A stretch of DNA of 64,000 bases from Ilumatobacteraceae bacterium (GCA_963779295.1 CAVZXO010000002.1:221927-285926); one strand, 5' to 3'. Shown: positions 21,686-33,800, counted from the stretch's first letter. The notes: generated by a model not told the origin, from the letters alone. Numbers and translations: made by a program.

Positions 21686-22392
21686 CGATCCTGCTCCGAC
21701 TCGGTGGCCTGTCGGCCGGCTACGGCCCGGTCGAGGTGTTGCACAAGGTCGACATCGAGGTGCAGGAGCACGAGGTCACGGTGATCCTCGGAGCCAACGG
21801 AGCCGGCAAGACCACCACGATGCGCGCGGTCTCGGGAATGATCCAGCGCAAGGGCGCGATCGAGTTCGACGGGAAGAACATCGCCAAGAGCTCGCCCGAT
21901 GCAATCGTTCGGATGGGGATCGCCCAAGTGCCGCAGGGTCGCGGAACGTTCACCGACCTCACCGTCGACGACAACCTGCGCGCCGGCGCGTACGTGCGTC
22001 GCGATCGTCACGTCGACCACGACATCGCCCTGTGGTACGAAACCTTCCCTCGCCTCCGCGACCGCCACGCGCAGAAGGCGGGCACGCTGTCGGGTGGCGA
22101 GCAGCAGATGCTGGCCATCGCCCGGGCGCTGATGAGCCGGCCGCGGTTGCTGCTGTGCGACGAGCCGAGCCTCGGGCTCGCTCCACTGATCACCAAGGAA
22201 CTGTTCCAAATCATCAAGAAGCTCAACGAGGAGCAGGGTCTCTCGGTGCTGCTGGTCGAGCAGAACGCCAACCTCGCCCTCGAGATCGCCCATCAGGTGT
22301 GCCTGCTCGAGACCGGCACCATCGTTGCCGCCGGCACAGCGGCTGCCCTTGCCGACGACGATGCGGTTCGCCGCGCCTACCTGGGCGCATGA
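21682..22392 (+). CDS. livF: Branched-chain amino acid ABC transporter ATP-binding protein (LivF-like)
   Basis: Walker A GANGAGKTT, signature LSGGEQQML and Walker B LLLCDEPS. Confidence 0.88.
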   Translation: MTILLRLGGLSAGYGPVEVLHKVDIEVQEHEVTVILGANGAGKTTTMRAVSGMIQRKGAIEFDGKNIAKSSPDAIVRMGIAQVPQGRGTFTDLTVDDNLRAGAYVRRDRHVDHDIALWYETFPRLRDRHAQKAGTLSGGEQQMLAIARALMSRPRLLLCDEPSLGLAPLITKELFQIIKKLNEEQGLSVLLVEQNANLALEIAHQVCLLETGTIVAAGTAAALADDDAVRRAYLGA

Positions 22393-22410
22393 CGCCATGA
22401 GGCAGATTCA

Positions 22411-23328
22411 GTGAGCGATCTCCTCCAGTACATCCTCGACGGCCTGTCGATCGGGTCGATCTACTCGCTGGTGGCTCTCAGCCTCGTCGTCGTCTATCGC
22501 GGAACCGGCCAGATCAACTTCGCGCAGGGCGAGATGGCGTTGTTCTCCACCTTGATCGTGTGGTGGTTGAACGACATGGGCATGGCGTTGCTGTTGGCCA
22601 TCGCCGTGTCGGCGGCGCTGTCGTTCGTCGGCGGTGCCGCGATCGAGGTGGGCTTGATGCGTCCGGCCGAGAAGCGATCCCCATTTGCGCCGGTGGTCGT
22701 CACCATCGGGTTGTTCCAGGCATTGAACTCGCTCAGCCAGTTGCTGTTCCCGAAGGCCGGCCAGGGTCTTCCGTTCCCGTCGCTGTTCCCCAACGATCCC
22801 GACGACTTCGTCACGATCCTCGGCGCGACGTGGCGCATCGAGCGGATCTGCGTGTTGGCCACGGTGCTGGTCATCACCGCGTTGCTCTTCGCCTTGTTCC
22901 AGAAGACCCGGATCGGTCTGGCGATGCGCACCGTCGCCAACAACGGAGCGTCGGCCAAGTTGGTCGGGGTACCGACCGGCAAGATCTTGATGTTCAGCTG
23001 GGGGCTCGCTGCGGTGATCGGCACGATCGGTGGGTCGCTGAAGGCGGGCATCGACACCAACGTCAGCATCGGTTCGATGTTCTCGGTGTTCCTGCTGTCG
23101 TCTGCGGCAGCAACACTCGGCGGCCTCGACAGCCTCGGCGGTGCAGTGATCGGCGGGCTCACCCTCGGTGTGATCGAGAGCCTCGTCGGCAACTATCCGG
23201 AGGACTGGCCCGGCAGCGATTGGATCGGCATCGAGACCAAGACCGCCGTCGCGTTCCTCATCATCCTCGTCGTGCTGATGGTGCGGCCCGCCGGCCTGTT
23301 CGGCTCCGTCAGAGTGGAGCGTGTCTGA
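22411..23328 (+). CDS. livH: Branched-chain amino acid ABC transporter permease (LivH-like)
   Basis: A 305-aa polytopic protein with the typical N-terminus (LLQYILDGLSIGSIYSLVALSLVVVYRGTG). Confidence 0.85.
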   Translation: MSDLLQYILDGLSIGSIYSLVALSLVVVYRGTGQINFAQGEMALFSTLIVWWLNDMGMALLLAIAVSAALSFVGGAAIEVGLMRPAEKRSPFAPVVVTIGLFQALNSLSQLLFPKAGQGLPFPSLFPNDPDDFVTILGATWRIERICVLATVLVITALLFALFQKTRIGLAMRTVANNGASAKLVGVPTGKILMFSWGLAAVIGTIGGSLKAGIDTNVSIGSMFSVFLLSSAAATLGGLDSLGGAVIGGLTLGVIESLVGNYPEDWPGSDWIGIETKTAVAFLIILVVLMVRPAGLFGSVRVERV

Positions 23329-24471
23329 CCATGCCAATCACGTATCAAGTCGGGCAGCGCGCGTGCACTGGGAGTTGCGCATCGTCGTCGCCGCGTTGCT
23401 GGTGCTGCTGGTGTGGCAACTCGTCAGCGGTGCCGAACCATCGAGCCTCGGCAAGTACACCGAGGCAATGGCGCTCGCTATCGCGGCGCTGTCGCTGAAC
23501 CTGCTCTTCGGGTTCAACGGTCAGATCTCGCTCGGTCATTCGACGTTCGCCGGCATCGCCGCGTTCTTCCTCGGCTACTCGGTCCGGTTCTGGGACAACA
23601 GGCCGTTCGTCTCACTGATCGAGGCATGCGTGCTGTGCTTCGTCGATCGGATTCTTGGTCGGCCTGCCCGCGCTGCGACTGAAGGGTCCGTACCTCGCGC
23701 TGGTCACGTTGGCCATCGCGCTATGTGTGGCCGACCTTCGCCGCCCAGTTCATCGACCGCAAGGTCACTCCGGTGACCGGAGAATCGGCGCTGACCAGGT
23801 TTCGCGTCAACCCGCCGACGTGGACAGGCCTGTCGACGTCGCGCGAGGACCGCGCCCTCTACCTGTTCTGGGTCGCGCTGGGGTTGACGTTGATCTGCTA
23901 CGTCATCGTTCGCAACATTCGCAAGAGTCGCGTCGGGCGCTCGTTGGTCGCAGTCCGCGACAACGAAACGGCTGCCGCAGTGATGGGTGTCAACCTGGCC
24001 CGTACCAAGACCGTCACGTTCGGAATCTCGGCGGCTATGGCCGGTGTGTCGGGCTGGCTGATCGCCGCCAAGATCGGCACGGTCGACGAGAACTCGTTCA
24101 CGATCCTCAATTCGATCAAGTACATCCTGGCGTTGATCCTCGGTGGCGTCGCGACATTCACCGGGCCGATCGTCGGCGCATTCGCCTACTACTTCGCCGA
24201 CGACTACCTCAAGCAGCATGCACCGACATGGGAGTGGCTGCCCGGAAGTTTCGGTGATGGGCCCATAGCCAGCTTCCTGCTCGGCGTGTTGGTGATCGCC
24301 TGCGTGTTCGTTGCACCACAGGGCATCGTTGGCCTGTTTCGCCGTATCGGGCGTAAAATTGCCACGGTCGTTCCCGAACCCATCCGGGCAGAGGCGACTA
24401 CCACGCCGGACGAGGCGTCCAGCCTCGTGGCCAATCCGGCGATTCCTGAATCGATTCCTGAGGGGGAATGA
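23321..24471 (+). pseudogene. livM: Branched-chain amino acid ABC transporter permease (LivM-like), frameshifted as assembled (x2)
   Basis: The N-terminal part is in ORF 23321.. (LNLLFGFNGQISLGHSTF). A short piece (VGLPALRLKGPYLALVTLAIALC) is in the ORF 23655.. frame. The remainder is in ORF 23725..24471. Frame changes occur near 23650 and 23725. Confidence 0.78.
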
Positions 24472-24472
24472 C

Positions 24473-25879
24473 GTGAACAATCGTCGACGAAGTCTGTATG
24501 CATTCACCGCGACCGCGGCCATGGTGCTTGCGGCATGCGGTGGTGGCGGTAACTCTTCCGACACCACTACAGCGGCGACTACCGGCGGAACCACCGCACC
24601 GGCAGTCGAAACCACGGCTGCATCGACAGAGACCACTGCTGCAGGCACCGACGCCACCACAGCGGCGACCGAGCCGGCGGCACCCGCCGGTTGGACCGTC
24701 GACACGTCGGCGTGTGCCGACGCTGCGCGCGCCGAGCAGCCCATCGAGGGCGACATCAAGATCGGCGCCGCAATGCCATTGTCGGGTGGCCCCGCTGCCG
24801 CCTTCGGCCCCGTCAAGGACGGCTTCCAGCTCTATCTCGACTACGCCGACGCGCAGGGCCTGCTGCCCGGCTACACGATCACCGCCGACATCCAAGACGA
24901 CCAGTACGACGCCACCCAGACTCCCGGCGTCGTCGACACCTTGATCGACGGCGGTGTCGATCTGTTCTCCGGCATCATCGGCTCGCCCAACAACCTGTCG
25001 GTGCGAGACACGCTGAACGAAGAGTGCATCCCGCAACTCCTCGCGCTCACCGGTTCGCCGGCGTGGGGCGACATCGCCAACTACCCGTGGACCACGGGTG
25101 CGCTGATTCCTTACGACACCGAGGCCTCGATCTACGCCACCAAGCTCAACGAGTTGAAGCCAGGCGCCACGGTCGCCCTGTACTACATCAACAACGAGTT
25201 CGGTAAGGCGTACATCGACGAGTTCAAGAAGCGTGCCGAAGAGTTCGGCTTCGAGATCGTCGACGAGCAGACCGTCGAGCCCAACGACAACAACCCGCCC
25301 ATCACCCAGGTCGGCAGCATCGCCGCCAAGACGCCCGACGCGATCGTGGCCATCCCGCTCGGCCTGCAGTGCCCGACCTTCCTCACGGAATTGGCCAACG
25401 CCAAGGCGCAGACGGCCGGCTGGAACCCGCCGGTGTTCGTCACCAACACATGCGCATCGAAACTGTTCTTCGGCCTCGCCGGCCCCGCAGCGGAAGGCGT
25501 CTACACGTCGAACCACCTGGTCGATTCGAATGATCCGAAGAACGTCGACCACCCGGGCATGAAGGTGTTCCTCGAGCAGTACGCGGCCGCCGGGCTCACC
25601 GGTGACCCCGGAGTCACCTCAGCCGGTTGGACTGTGGGCGAGGCAACGGTCAACATCTTGAACGCGGCACTCGACACGGGCACGCTCAGCCGCAAGTCGA
25701 TCATCGAGGCGGCACGCAACCTCACGTTCGCCCCGTCACTCGGTCGCGAAGGTGTGGAGTACCGGATGAACGGCGAAACGGATCCGTTCTCGTTCGAGAC
25801 GCTGCAGGTGCTGCAGTGGAGCGTCGCCTCGCAGACGTTCACCGAGATCGGCGACCCGATCACCCAGTACGAGCACTGA
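24473..25879 (+). CDS. ABC transporter substrate-binding lipoprotein (Leu/Ile/Val-binding family-like)
   Basis: GTG 24473 is preceded by AGGGGGAA. The protein has a lipobox (MVLAACGG), a Thr/Ala-rich linker and then a periplasmic binding protein fold. It is the last gene of the liv-type operon. Confidence 0.82.
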   Translation: MNNRRRSLYAFTATAAMVLAACGGGGNSSDTTTAATTGGTTAPAVETTAASTETTAAGTDATTAATEPAAPAGWTVDTSACADAARAEQPIEGDIKIGAAMPLSGGPAAAFGPVKDGFQLYLDYADAQGLLPGYTITADIQDDQYDATQTPGVVDTLIDGGVDLFSGIIGSPNNLSVRDTLNEECIPQLLALTGSPAWGDIANYPWTTGALIPYDTEASIYATKLNELKPGATVALYYINNEFGKAYIDEFKKRAEEFGFEIVDEQTVEPNDNNPPITQVGSIAAKTPDAIVAIPLGLQCPTFLTELANAKAQTAGWNPPVFVTNTCASKLFFGLAGPAAEGVYTSNHLVDSNDPKNVDHPGMKVFLEQYAAAGLTGDPGVTSAGWTVGEATVNILNAALDTGTLSRKSIIEAARNLTFAPSLGREGVEYRMNGETDPFSFETLQVLQWSVASQTFTEIGDPITQYEH

Positions 25880-25907
25880 TTCTTCAAGTCGATCCTCATC
25901 AGGTCGT

Positions 25908-25948
25908 TCCTCAGAGCCCCACCCGAATCGTCGGGTGGGGCTCTCAGG
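25908..25948. terminator. Bidirectional intrinsic terminator hairpin
   Basis: AGAGCCCCACCCGA-ATCG-TCGGGTGGGGCTCT forms a perfect 14-bp stem that extends to 18 bp with one mismatch. It lies between convergent genes. The U-tract is weak. Confidence 0.7.
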
Positions 25949-25957
25949 TTCTCCGAC

Positions 25958-26344
25958 TCACGTCGACAAGCAGGTGAAGAACTTCTGGATGGCCTCCTGG
26001 TTCGGAGTCCCACCGGCTTCGACCATCTTGCGCAGTGATTCGTCCTCGAGGAGCGCCGTGAAGCACGCCTTGTCGACCTTCATTCCCGCTGCCTCGAACT
26101 GGGCGATCATCTGATCGATCACCTGCTGGGGAATGCTGACGTCGCTGACGTCGATCGGTAGTGAGACGTCCGGCAGCGAGATGTCCGGCAGCGAGATGCC
26201 CGGGAAGCGTGACCCCGATGGAAGCGTGACCCCGGCGGCGGCCGAGCTGTCGTCGGAGACGGTCACCTTGGCGTCGTCCCCGCACGCCGATAGCAAGCCC
26301 AGCGTGGCGATGGTGGCGAGTGTTCCGGCAACGATGCGTTTCAT
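25958..26344 (-). CDS. Hypothetical small lipoprotein
   Basis: MKRIVAGTLATIATLGLLSACGDD is a signal peptide plus lipobox. A repetitive segment (LPDISLPDVSLPIDVSDVS) follows. No family recognised. Confidence 0.5.
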   Translation of the reverse strand: MKRIVAGTLATIATLGLLSACGDDAKVTVSDDSSAAAGVTLPSGSRFPGISLPDISLPDVSLPIDVSDVSIPQQVIDQMIAQFEAAGMKVDKACFTALLEDESLRKMVEAGGTPNQEAIQKFFTCLST

Positions 26345-26383
26345 TGGTGATCCCTTCGGTTGGGGCACCAGTGTGCCTGATTT

Positions 26384-27313
26384 CTACACAGGAATGGGTT
26401 CGGCCAGCTGCGGTTTGATACGCGAACGCCTCGCGGTGTCGACGGTCGCGATGACCAATCCCACCCAAACCAGCGCGAATCCGACGATGCGCGACGGTGG
26501 TAGTGACTCCTGGAACACCAGCCAGCCAAGGCAGAAGTTGATGGTCGGCACGATGTAGTTCAAGGGGCCGATGACGGTCAGCGGCATGCGTTGCGCGGCG
26601 TAGGCGAACAACGTCAGCGGCACGACCGTCGCCAGGCCGCTGCACAGCACCAGGGCGAATTGGCCGGTCGTCGCCGTGTCGGGAATGCTGCCGGCCCCGC
26701 CCGCCAGCACCGTGACGGCGATGATGGCCGGGATCAGCACGATGAAGCTCTCGGCCGCCATGCTCTCGATGGGTGTCAATGGCACGTGCTTCTTGAGGTA
26801 GCCGTAGACGACCCACGTCGTGGCGATGATCAGAGCCAGCCACGGAACGCGCCCGTAGCTGAAGGTCAGGATGCCAACAGCGATCAGGGCGAGCACGAAC
26901 ACGAATTGCTGGGCACGGCTGACTCTCTCGTGCAGTACGACGACCCCGACTGCCATCGTCCCCAGTGGGGCCAGGAAGTAGCCGAGGGCGGTTTCGATGA
27001 CGTGATCGTGCACGACCGCCCACACATACGTGGTCCAGTTGATGGTCAAGAAGAGGGCGCACAGCAAGACGGAACCGAGCAACCGCCGATCGTGAAGGAT
27101 CGGGCGGAGATGCTGCCAGCGCCGACTGATCGACAGCACGATCGCCATGATCGCTGCCGAACAGATCACCCGCCAGCCGATCAACTCGACGGCGTTGAAC
27201 TCCTCGAGGTGACGCCAGTACAGCGTCAGCGTTCCCCAGATCAGGTAGGCGGCGACTCCGGCGACGATGCCCCGCTGCTGAGTATTGGGCCGCTGTTGAT
27301 CCTCGGGACTCAC
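26384..27313 (-). CDS. rarD: EamA/RarD family transporter
   Basis: 309 aa with 10 predicted TM segments and the RarD-like N-terminus (GIVAGVAAYLIWGTLTLYW). Confidence 0.78.
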   Translation of the reverse strand: MSPEDQQRPNTQQRGIVAGVAAYLIWGTLTLYWRHLEEFNAVELIGWRVICSAAIMAIVLSISRRWQHLRPILHDRRLLGSVLLCALFLTINWTTYVWAVVHDHVIETALGYFLAPLGTMAVGVVVLHERVSRAQQFVFVLALIAVGILTFSYGRVPWLALIIATTWVVYGYLKKHVPLTPIESMAAESFIVLIPAIIAVTVLAGGAGSIPDTATTGQFALVLCSGLATVVPLTLFAYAAQRMPLTVIGPLNYIVPTINFCLGWLVFQESLPPSRIVGFALVWVGLVIATVDTARRSRIKPQLAEPIPV

Positions 27314-27323
27314 CGAGGCGATG

Positions 27324-28427
27324 CTACGGACGGGCGCAGGCGATGGCCAATGCGTTCAGATCGCGGCACCGGCGCAGATCGTGACTGGGATCGAACTGCA
27401 GCGTGTCGTGCAGAAAGCAGAACGACAGCCCGCTGTCGTCGTCGATCCAGCACAGTTGACCGCCGGCACCCTGGTGGCCGAACGCACGGGGCGTGTGCGG
27501 AAGCCAGCGGTAGTCGTTCATCCCATCGACTCCGGAGACGACACCGGCAATCGTCCGGTTGGCCGGTGTCCCGTCGCTGGCCATGATGCTGACGTTGCGG
27601 ATCGTGCCTCGGGCATCGGCCAACCAATCCGCCGGGTGGGCGTCGCCGGGGTTGTGCAGGAACGACTGGTAGATGGTCGCGATGTCGACGGCGCGGGCGA
27701 TCCCTCCTCCGCCTGGAATCGCCGCAGCTTGCGCGCGTGGGTCGTTGAGGCTCAGCAACAGTTCCGGCGACACCGTCGTGTCGGGCACCAGTTCGGGCCG
27801 GCCGAACTCGGCGAGGAGATGCTCGTAGCTGGGCACTGCACCCGCGGTGCGAATGGTCACAACGGCTCCGAGCTCAGCAGGGCCGAGAACGCTGGGCACG
27901 CCTGCAGCTTGCGAGACGCGCTCGTTGACCACCTCGACGTACGGTCGCCCCGACATCGTTTCGATCAGCTCGGCGATCACCCAGTGGGCGGCGATCGGGT
28001 GGTACTCGGTGCGGGTGCCCGACGGCCACGCCAGAGTCCACTCCGAGAACTGCCGGCGCCGGCCCTCGCTGGATCCCCAGGAATCGGGCCCGATCAGCGC
28101 CTGGGGGAATCCGCCCTGCATCGTCAGCAACTGCAGCACGGTGACCCCTTGCTTGCCGTTGTCGCCGAAGGAAGGCAGGTAGCGGGCAACCGGCGCCGTC
28201 AGCTCGATGCTGCCGTCCGCGAGGTGTGGTAGCAACGCCATGGCCACGAGCGCCTTGGTCGCCGAGAAGATGACGAACCGCGAGTCGGCCGTGGCCGTTC
28301 CGAACGACTCGGCGGCGACGACCTCGCCGTTCAACGCCAGGGCGAACTGCGCGGCCTGCGAGTGGCCGTCGTCGATCTCGGCTTGGATTCGGCTCCGGAG
28401 GGCGTTGACTGCAGCGGGGTTCAGCAC
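27324..28427 (-). CDS. Serine hydrolase, beta-lactamase/esterase (class C-like) family
   Basis: SxxK motif (FSATKAL), a Tyr motif (EYHP) and a C-terminal HQGAGG box. The GTG 28427 start was chosen because the upstream part of track ORF (to 28601) is Arg/Pro-rich. Confidence 0.72.
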   Translation of the reverse strand: MLNPAAVNALRSRIQAEIDDGHSQAAQFALALNGEVVAAESFGTATADSRFVIFSATKALVAMALLPHLADGSIELTAPVARYLPSFGDNGKQGVTVLQLLTMQGGFPQALIGPDSWGSSEGRRRQFSEWTLAWPSGTRTEYHPIAAHWVIAELIETMSGRPYVEVVNERVSQAAGVPSVLGPAELGAVVTIRTAGAVPSYEHLLAEFGRPELVPDTTVSPELLLSLNDPRAQAAAIPGGGGIARAVDIATIYQSFLHNPGDAHPADWLADARGTIRNVSIMASDGTPANRTIAGVVSGVDGMNDYRWLPHTPRAFGHQGAGGQLCWIDDDSGLSFCFLHDTLQFDPSHDLRRCRDLNALAIACARP

Positions 28428-28498
28428 GGTTCGTAGAGTACGAGTTCGCGCTGCCACAGGCGCAGGCGCGCTGAGGAAGGAAGGGCGAAGGGAGATCC

Positions 28499-29176
28499 GT
28501 GGACATCGTCGTCGCCCCCGATTCGCAGGCCGCAGCGCTCGAGGCTGCGTCGTGGGTTGCCCGCCAGTTGCGCAACGCCGTGTCGCGGAGGGGAATGGCA
28601 ACGGTGGCGTTCAGCGGAGGCTCGACGCCGGCGCTGATGCTCGACGCGCTGGCCGGGCTGCAGGTGCCGTGGGAGTCGACCATGGTCTTCCAGGTCGACG
28701 AGCGTGTCGCCCCCGATGGTGATCCCGATCGCAATGCGACGTTGCTGGATGTGCTCCGACTACTGCGGCCGACACGACCGGCGATCCATCTGATGCCGGT
28801 CTTGGCGACCGACCTCGACTCGGCCAGTGCGCGGTACGCCGCGCTGCTGCCGGATCGATTCGATGTCGTTCACCTCGGTCTCGGCGACGACGGACATACG
28901 GCGTCGTGGCCACCGGGCGATCCGGTGATCGATGCCGCCGGTTCGGTTGCGATGTCGGGGGAGTACAACGGCAGGCTGCGGATGACACTGACAGTCCACA
29001 CCGTCAACGCCGCCCGTCATCGAATGGTGCTGGCCACCGGGTCACCGAAGGCCGGCATCGTCGAACGCTGGATGCTGCACGACCCGTCGTTGCCGGTGAA
29101 TCGGGTCAGCCGCACCAACACGCTCGTGGTGCTCGACACCCAGGCGGCAGCGCGCCTGCCGTACCAGGCTCGCTAG
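28499..29176 (+). CDS. pgl: 6-phosphogluconolactonase
   Basis: 225 aa with FSGGSTP, DERVAPDGDPDRN and LGLGDDGHTASWPPGD motifs. A purine-rich RBS lies upstream of GTG 28499. Confidence 0.85.
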   Translation: MDIVVAPDSQAAALEAASWVARQLRNAVSRRGMATVAFSGGSTPALMLDALAGLQVPWESTMVFQVDERVAPDGDPDRNATLLDVLRLLRPTRPAIHLMPVLATDLDSASARYAALLPDRFDVVHLGLGDDGHTASWPPGDPVIDAAGSVAMSGEYNGRLRMTLTVHTVNAARHRMVLATGSPKAGIVERWMLHDPSLPVNRVSRTNTLVVLDTQAAARLPYQAR

Positions 29177-29188
29177 CGTCTGGCGACG

Positions 29189-30799
29189 ATGGACATCACG
29201 ACGACACCTGCCTGGTCGGCGCTGCAGTCGACCGCACGTCCGGCGCACTTGCGCACGCTGTTCGCCGACGATCCTCGACGGTCGGTGCGCTACCGCGTGG
29301 AAGCCGGCGACCTGGTGATCGACTACTCGAAGCACCTGATCGACGACGATGTCGTGCGCCGCCTGTTGGCCGTCGCCGCGGCCGCCCAGATCGAGGCTCG
29401 CCGGGCGGCGATGTTCGCCGGCGAGCCCATCAACGTCACAGAACGGCGTGCCGTGCTGCACACCGCGTTGCGTGCTCCGCGTGATGCGGTCGTGCTGGTC
29501 GATGGGCACAACGTCGTCGCCGATGTCCACGAGGTGCTGGGGCGAATCACGACCTTCGCCGACCGCGTACGCAGTGGGGCTTGGCGCGGCGCGACCGGCG
29601 AGACCATGCGGACCGTCGTGAACATCGGCATCGGTGGCAGCGACCTCGGCCCGGCCATGGCCTTCCTGGCGACCGAGGCGTTCGACGACCAGAACCTGCG
29701 GTGCCGGTACGTCAGCAATGTCGACGGCGCCGACATCACCCGCAACCTTGTCGACCTCGACCCGGCGACGACACTGTTCATCGTCAGTTCGAAGACGTTC
29801 ACGACGATCGAGACACTGACCAACGCCAGGCATGCGCGCAACTGGCTCACGGCAGCGTTGGGCGATGCCGCGGTCAGCAAGCACTTCGTGGCGGTCAGCA
29901 CCAACGCGGTCGAGGTGGCCGGGTTCGGCATCAACACCGAGAACATGTTCGAGTTCTGGGATTGGGTCGGCGGTCGCTACTCCGTCGATTCGGCTATAGG
30001 ACTGTCGCTGGCGCTGTCGATCGGTCCTGCCGGATTCCGTCAGTTCCTCGACGGCTTCCGCACCATGGATCGCCATTTCGTCGACGCGCCGTTGCACCTC
30101 AACGCGCCTGTGATCATGGCGATGTTGGGCGTCTGGTACGCCAACGTGTTGGGAGCCGAGACCAAGGCCGTGCTGCCGTACGCCCACGAGCTCCGTCGGT
30201 TCCCGGCCTACCTGCAGCAGCTCGACATGGAATCGAATGGCAAGAGCGTGCGATTGGACGGGTCGTCGGTGTCGACGACCACCGGTCCCATCGTGTGGGG
30301 CGAGCCCGGTACCAATGGCCAGCATGCCTTCTACCAACTGCTGCACCAGGGCACCCGTCTGGTGCCGATCGACTTCATCGGGTTCGCCCAGCCCAATCAT
30401 CCGCTGCTCGAACAGCACGACCTGTTGATGGCCAACCTGTTCGCCCAGGGCGAGGCACTGGCGTTCGGCAAGACGCTCGACGAAGTGATCGCCGAAGGCA
30501 TCCCCGAGCATCAGCAGGCGGCTCGGGTCTTCCCCGGAAACCGGCCGAGCACGACCATCCTCGCCCCACGACTGACACCCAATGTGCTCGGTCAATTGAT
30601 CGCTCTCTACGAGCACGTCGTGTTCGTGCAGGGTTGCGTATGGGACGTGAACAGTTTCGATCAGTGGGGGGTCGAGCTCGGCAAAGCGCTGGCAAATCGG
30701 ATCACGCCGGAACTGGTCAGCGCCGAGGCGCCGCAGCACGACACGTCGACGTCCGCGCTGATCGAGTGGTACCGGGCCAACCGCATTCGGCCTGAGTAA
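29189..30799 (+). CDS. pgi: Glucose-6-phosphate isomerase
   Basis: An intact 536-aa ORF with PGI signatures ([35 protein letters not shown]). Confidence 0.95.
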   Translation: MDITTTPAWSALQSTARPAHLRTLFADDPRRSVRYRVEAGDLVIDYSKHLIDDDVVRRLLAVAAAAQIEARRAAMFAGEPINVTERRAVLHTALRAPRDAVVLVDGHNVVADVHEVLGRITTFADRVRSGAWRGATGETMRTVVNIGIGGSDLGPAMAFLATEAFDDQNLRCRYVSNVDGADITRNLVDLDPATTLFIVSSKTFTTIETLTNARHARNWLTAALGDAAVSKHFVAVSTNAVEVAGFGINTENMFEFWDWVGGRYSVDSAIGLSLALSIGPAGFRQFLDGFRTMDRHFVDAPLHLNAPVIMAMLGVWYANVLGAETKAVLPYAHELRRFPAYLQQLDMESNGKSVRLDGSSVSTTTGPIVWGEPGTNGQHAFYQLLHQGTRLVPIDFIGFAQPNHPLLEQHDLLMANLFAQGEALAFGKTLDEVIAEGIPEHQQAARVFPGNRPSTTILAPRLTPNVLGQLIALYEHVVFVQGCVWDVNSFDQWGVELGKALANRITPELVSAEAPQHDTSTSALIEWYRANRIRPE

Positions 30800-30870
30800 T
30801 CACCTGTACGGGTGATGTTCGCGGACGGCATATGCTCTGCGGATCGCGAACGAGGGGTAGCGGTGGGGTC

Positions 30871-33800
30871 ATGGTCGTGAATCATGCTGAGACGCGCACG
30901 ATGCTGTTCACCGACCTCCGCGGCTCGACAGCACAACGGGTGACGCTGGGCGACGACCTGTTCGATCATCTTCGTCGCGACCATGACCGTGTTCTCGTCG
31001 AAGCGGTGGCGAAGCACGGTGGCTGCATCGTCAAGTCGACCGGCGACGGGTTGCACATCGCATTCGGTGCAGCGTCGGATGCAGTCGCTTGCGCCACAGC
31101 GATGCAGCGCGCGATCGATCGGCTCAACAGGGGCAAGTCGGCATCCGAGCATCTCTCGCTGGCCATCGGGATCTCGGCGGGCGACGTAGTTGCCGAGACC
31201 GGCGATGTTCACGGAACGCCGGTTGTGGAGGCCGCCAGGTTGTGCGCCGCCGCCCGCGGCGGGCAGGTTCTTGTTGCAGAAGTTGTGCGTCTGCTGGCCG
31301 GGTCACGCGGGGCGCACTCGTTCGAGCCGCTCGGCGAGACGACGTTGAAGGGTCTCACCGGTTCGCTGGTGACGTGCGAGGTGGTGTGGCATCCCCCGGC
31401 TCCGCCGCAGATCCCGATGCCTGTGCACTTTGCTCCGGCCGTCGGCGAGTTCGTCGGACGCGAGCCGGAGCGCGAACTGCTGCTGCGCGCCTTCAAGGAA
31501 GCGACGACCGGGGCACGACAGTTCGTGGTGGTGGTCGGCGAGCCTGGTATCGGCAAGTCGCGATTGGCGCGCGAGGTTGCGACCACGATGCACGAAGCCG
31601 GCGCGGTCGTGTTGGCAGGGCGGTCGGAGGAGAACCTCGGCGGTCCGTTCCAACTGTGGATCAACGTTCTCGCACACCTGATCGAGCATCTCTCCGACGC
31701 AGAGATCACCGAGCACATCGCGGCCCACGGTGATGAGATTGCCAGGGTCGTGCCGGAGATCTGGCAGCGACGCGTCGACCTCCAGATCCCCACGCGCTCC
31801 GATGCCGATTTCGAGCGCCATCGTTTGTTCGCGGCGATCGCAGCACTCCTCGGAACAGTCGCGGCCGACAGTCCGCTGGTGCTCGTGCTCGACGATCTGC
31901 AGTGGGCCGATGTGCCGTCGCTGCAGCTACTGCGTCATCTGGTGAGGGTCGCTCCGCCGGCTCACATGTTGATCATCGGCACCTATCGCGATGCTGACCT
32001 GGATCGGTCGCCGCTGTGCGACATGTTGTCGGACCTCCGACGCGACGATCTCTTCGACCGCATCGTCCTGCGCGGTCTCTCCGAGGACGAGCTGGGCCAG
32101 TTCCTGTTGTCGAGGTTCGGGTACTCCCCTTCACCGGAGTTCGTCGGCACTCTCGTCGCCGAGACGTACGGCAACCCGTTCTTCGCCGGTGAGGTGATGG
32201 CGCACCTCGTCGAGTCGGATCTCGTCGGCTCGTTCGACGGCTCGTCGTCGCCGGAGTTGACGATCGACGGGATCGGTATGTCGGCAGGTGTGCGCGATCT
32301 CCTCGGTCGGCGTCTGGCGCGGCTTCGACGGGCCTCGATTCAGGCACTCGAGGCGGCCTCGGTGCTCGGCCGGGCGTTCGATGTCACCGCGCTCGTCCCA
32401 CTCAATCAGGTCCTCGAAGACGAGCTGCTCGCGCACCTCGAGAATGCCGTGCGGGCGGGCCTGATCCGCGAGGATCCGACGCATCCAGGTCGGTACCTCT
32501 TCACGCACGCGCTCGTCCGCCAGAAGCTGTACGGGGACCTCGGTACGACGCGACGCGTGCGGTTGCACTGGCTTGCCGGTGTCTCACTGCAGGCGTCCGC
32601 GGCTCACGATCTCGATGCCGTCGCCTATCACCTCAGCGAGGGGGTACTCGCCGGCGACGCCGTGCGCGCGGTCGATGCTTCGTTGGCAGCGGGCACGCGA
32701 GCCGTGGAGATGTCGGCCTTCGAAACGGCGGTCGACCACTTCGGCAATGCCCTGGCCATGCTCGAGCAGACGGGCACCACCGATGGCGATCGCCGTTACG
32801 CGGCCCTCGTCGGTCTCGGCGATGCGCACGTGGCGTTGTCGAATGTTGCCGGGTACACAGACGCCTACCTTGCTGCGGCAGAGGTAGCGCGGTCCCAAGG
32901 CCGGGCAGACCGCCTGGCCCGAGTGGCGCTGGGTATCGGTACACACGCCCTGATCCTTCGCCTGGCGCCCGAGACGGCAGCGTTGTTCGACGAAGCGATC
33001 GAGGCGGTCGGACCCGACGACTCGATCGAGCGCTCGCTGTTGCTCAGCCATCGCGCCTTTCATCGCGGTGTGACGCCGGGGGTAGCCGAGGACCGTGGTC
33101 GCGAGGTCGAAGAAGCTGCCGCGATCGCGACTCGGATCGGTGATCGGAGCGCAGCCGCGGAGGCGATCTTTGCCCGAGCGTCGGCGATGCGGGGATCCTC
33201 GCGTGTCGACGACACGTTGGAACTGGCCCGCGCGTTGGTGGAGGCAGCTGTCGAACTGGACGACGTCAGGTTGCAGTTGCACGCCCACCAGATCGGTGCA
33301 GAGGCGAACATGCAACGCGGAGACGTCGACGGATGGAAGCAGGCCGTCGACGGGCTGAGGAGCTTGGCGCGGCGGCCCAACGGCACCTACGCACGTCCGT
33401 GGTGTGACTTGTCGACGACGATCGAGCTGATCATCGAGGAGCGGTGTGCCGATGCCGAGCGCCACGTGGCCGCGATCATCGATACGTGGCGCGCCCCGCC
33501 GCTGGTCGCGTTGTGCGTTCGCGCTCAGCAATGGAATCTGTTGCAGTGGAGGGGGGAGTACCAGTTGGCCGCGGAGGTGGTGCGACCATGGCTTGATAGC
33601 GCGGGCGTCGCACTGAACATGCGCACCGTGCTGGCCTGGCTGCACCTCGCTGATGATCCTTGTGCAGCGCGCGCCGAGCTCGATCAGCTCGCGACGGAGG
33701 ACTTCGCCGAGGTCGGGTTGCAGGTCGCACAGCGCCCGCATGTTCTCTTCACCGTCTCCGAACTGTGCATTCGTTCCGGCTCGACCGTGCATGCACCGGC

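Noticed and set aside
30800-30835. A short hairpin (ATCACC-TGTACG-GGTGAT) just after the pgi stop, considered as a terminator or operator for the cyclase-STAND gene.
   Set aside because: The stem is only 6 bp with no U-tract, and it does not recur elsewhere in the window. That is too weak to call.
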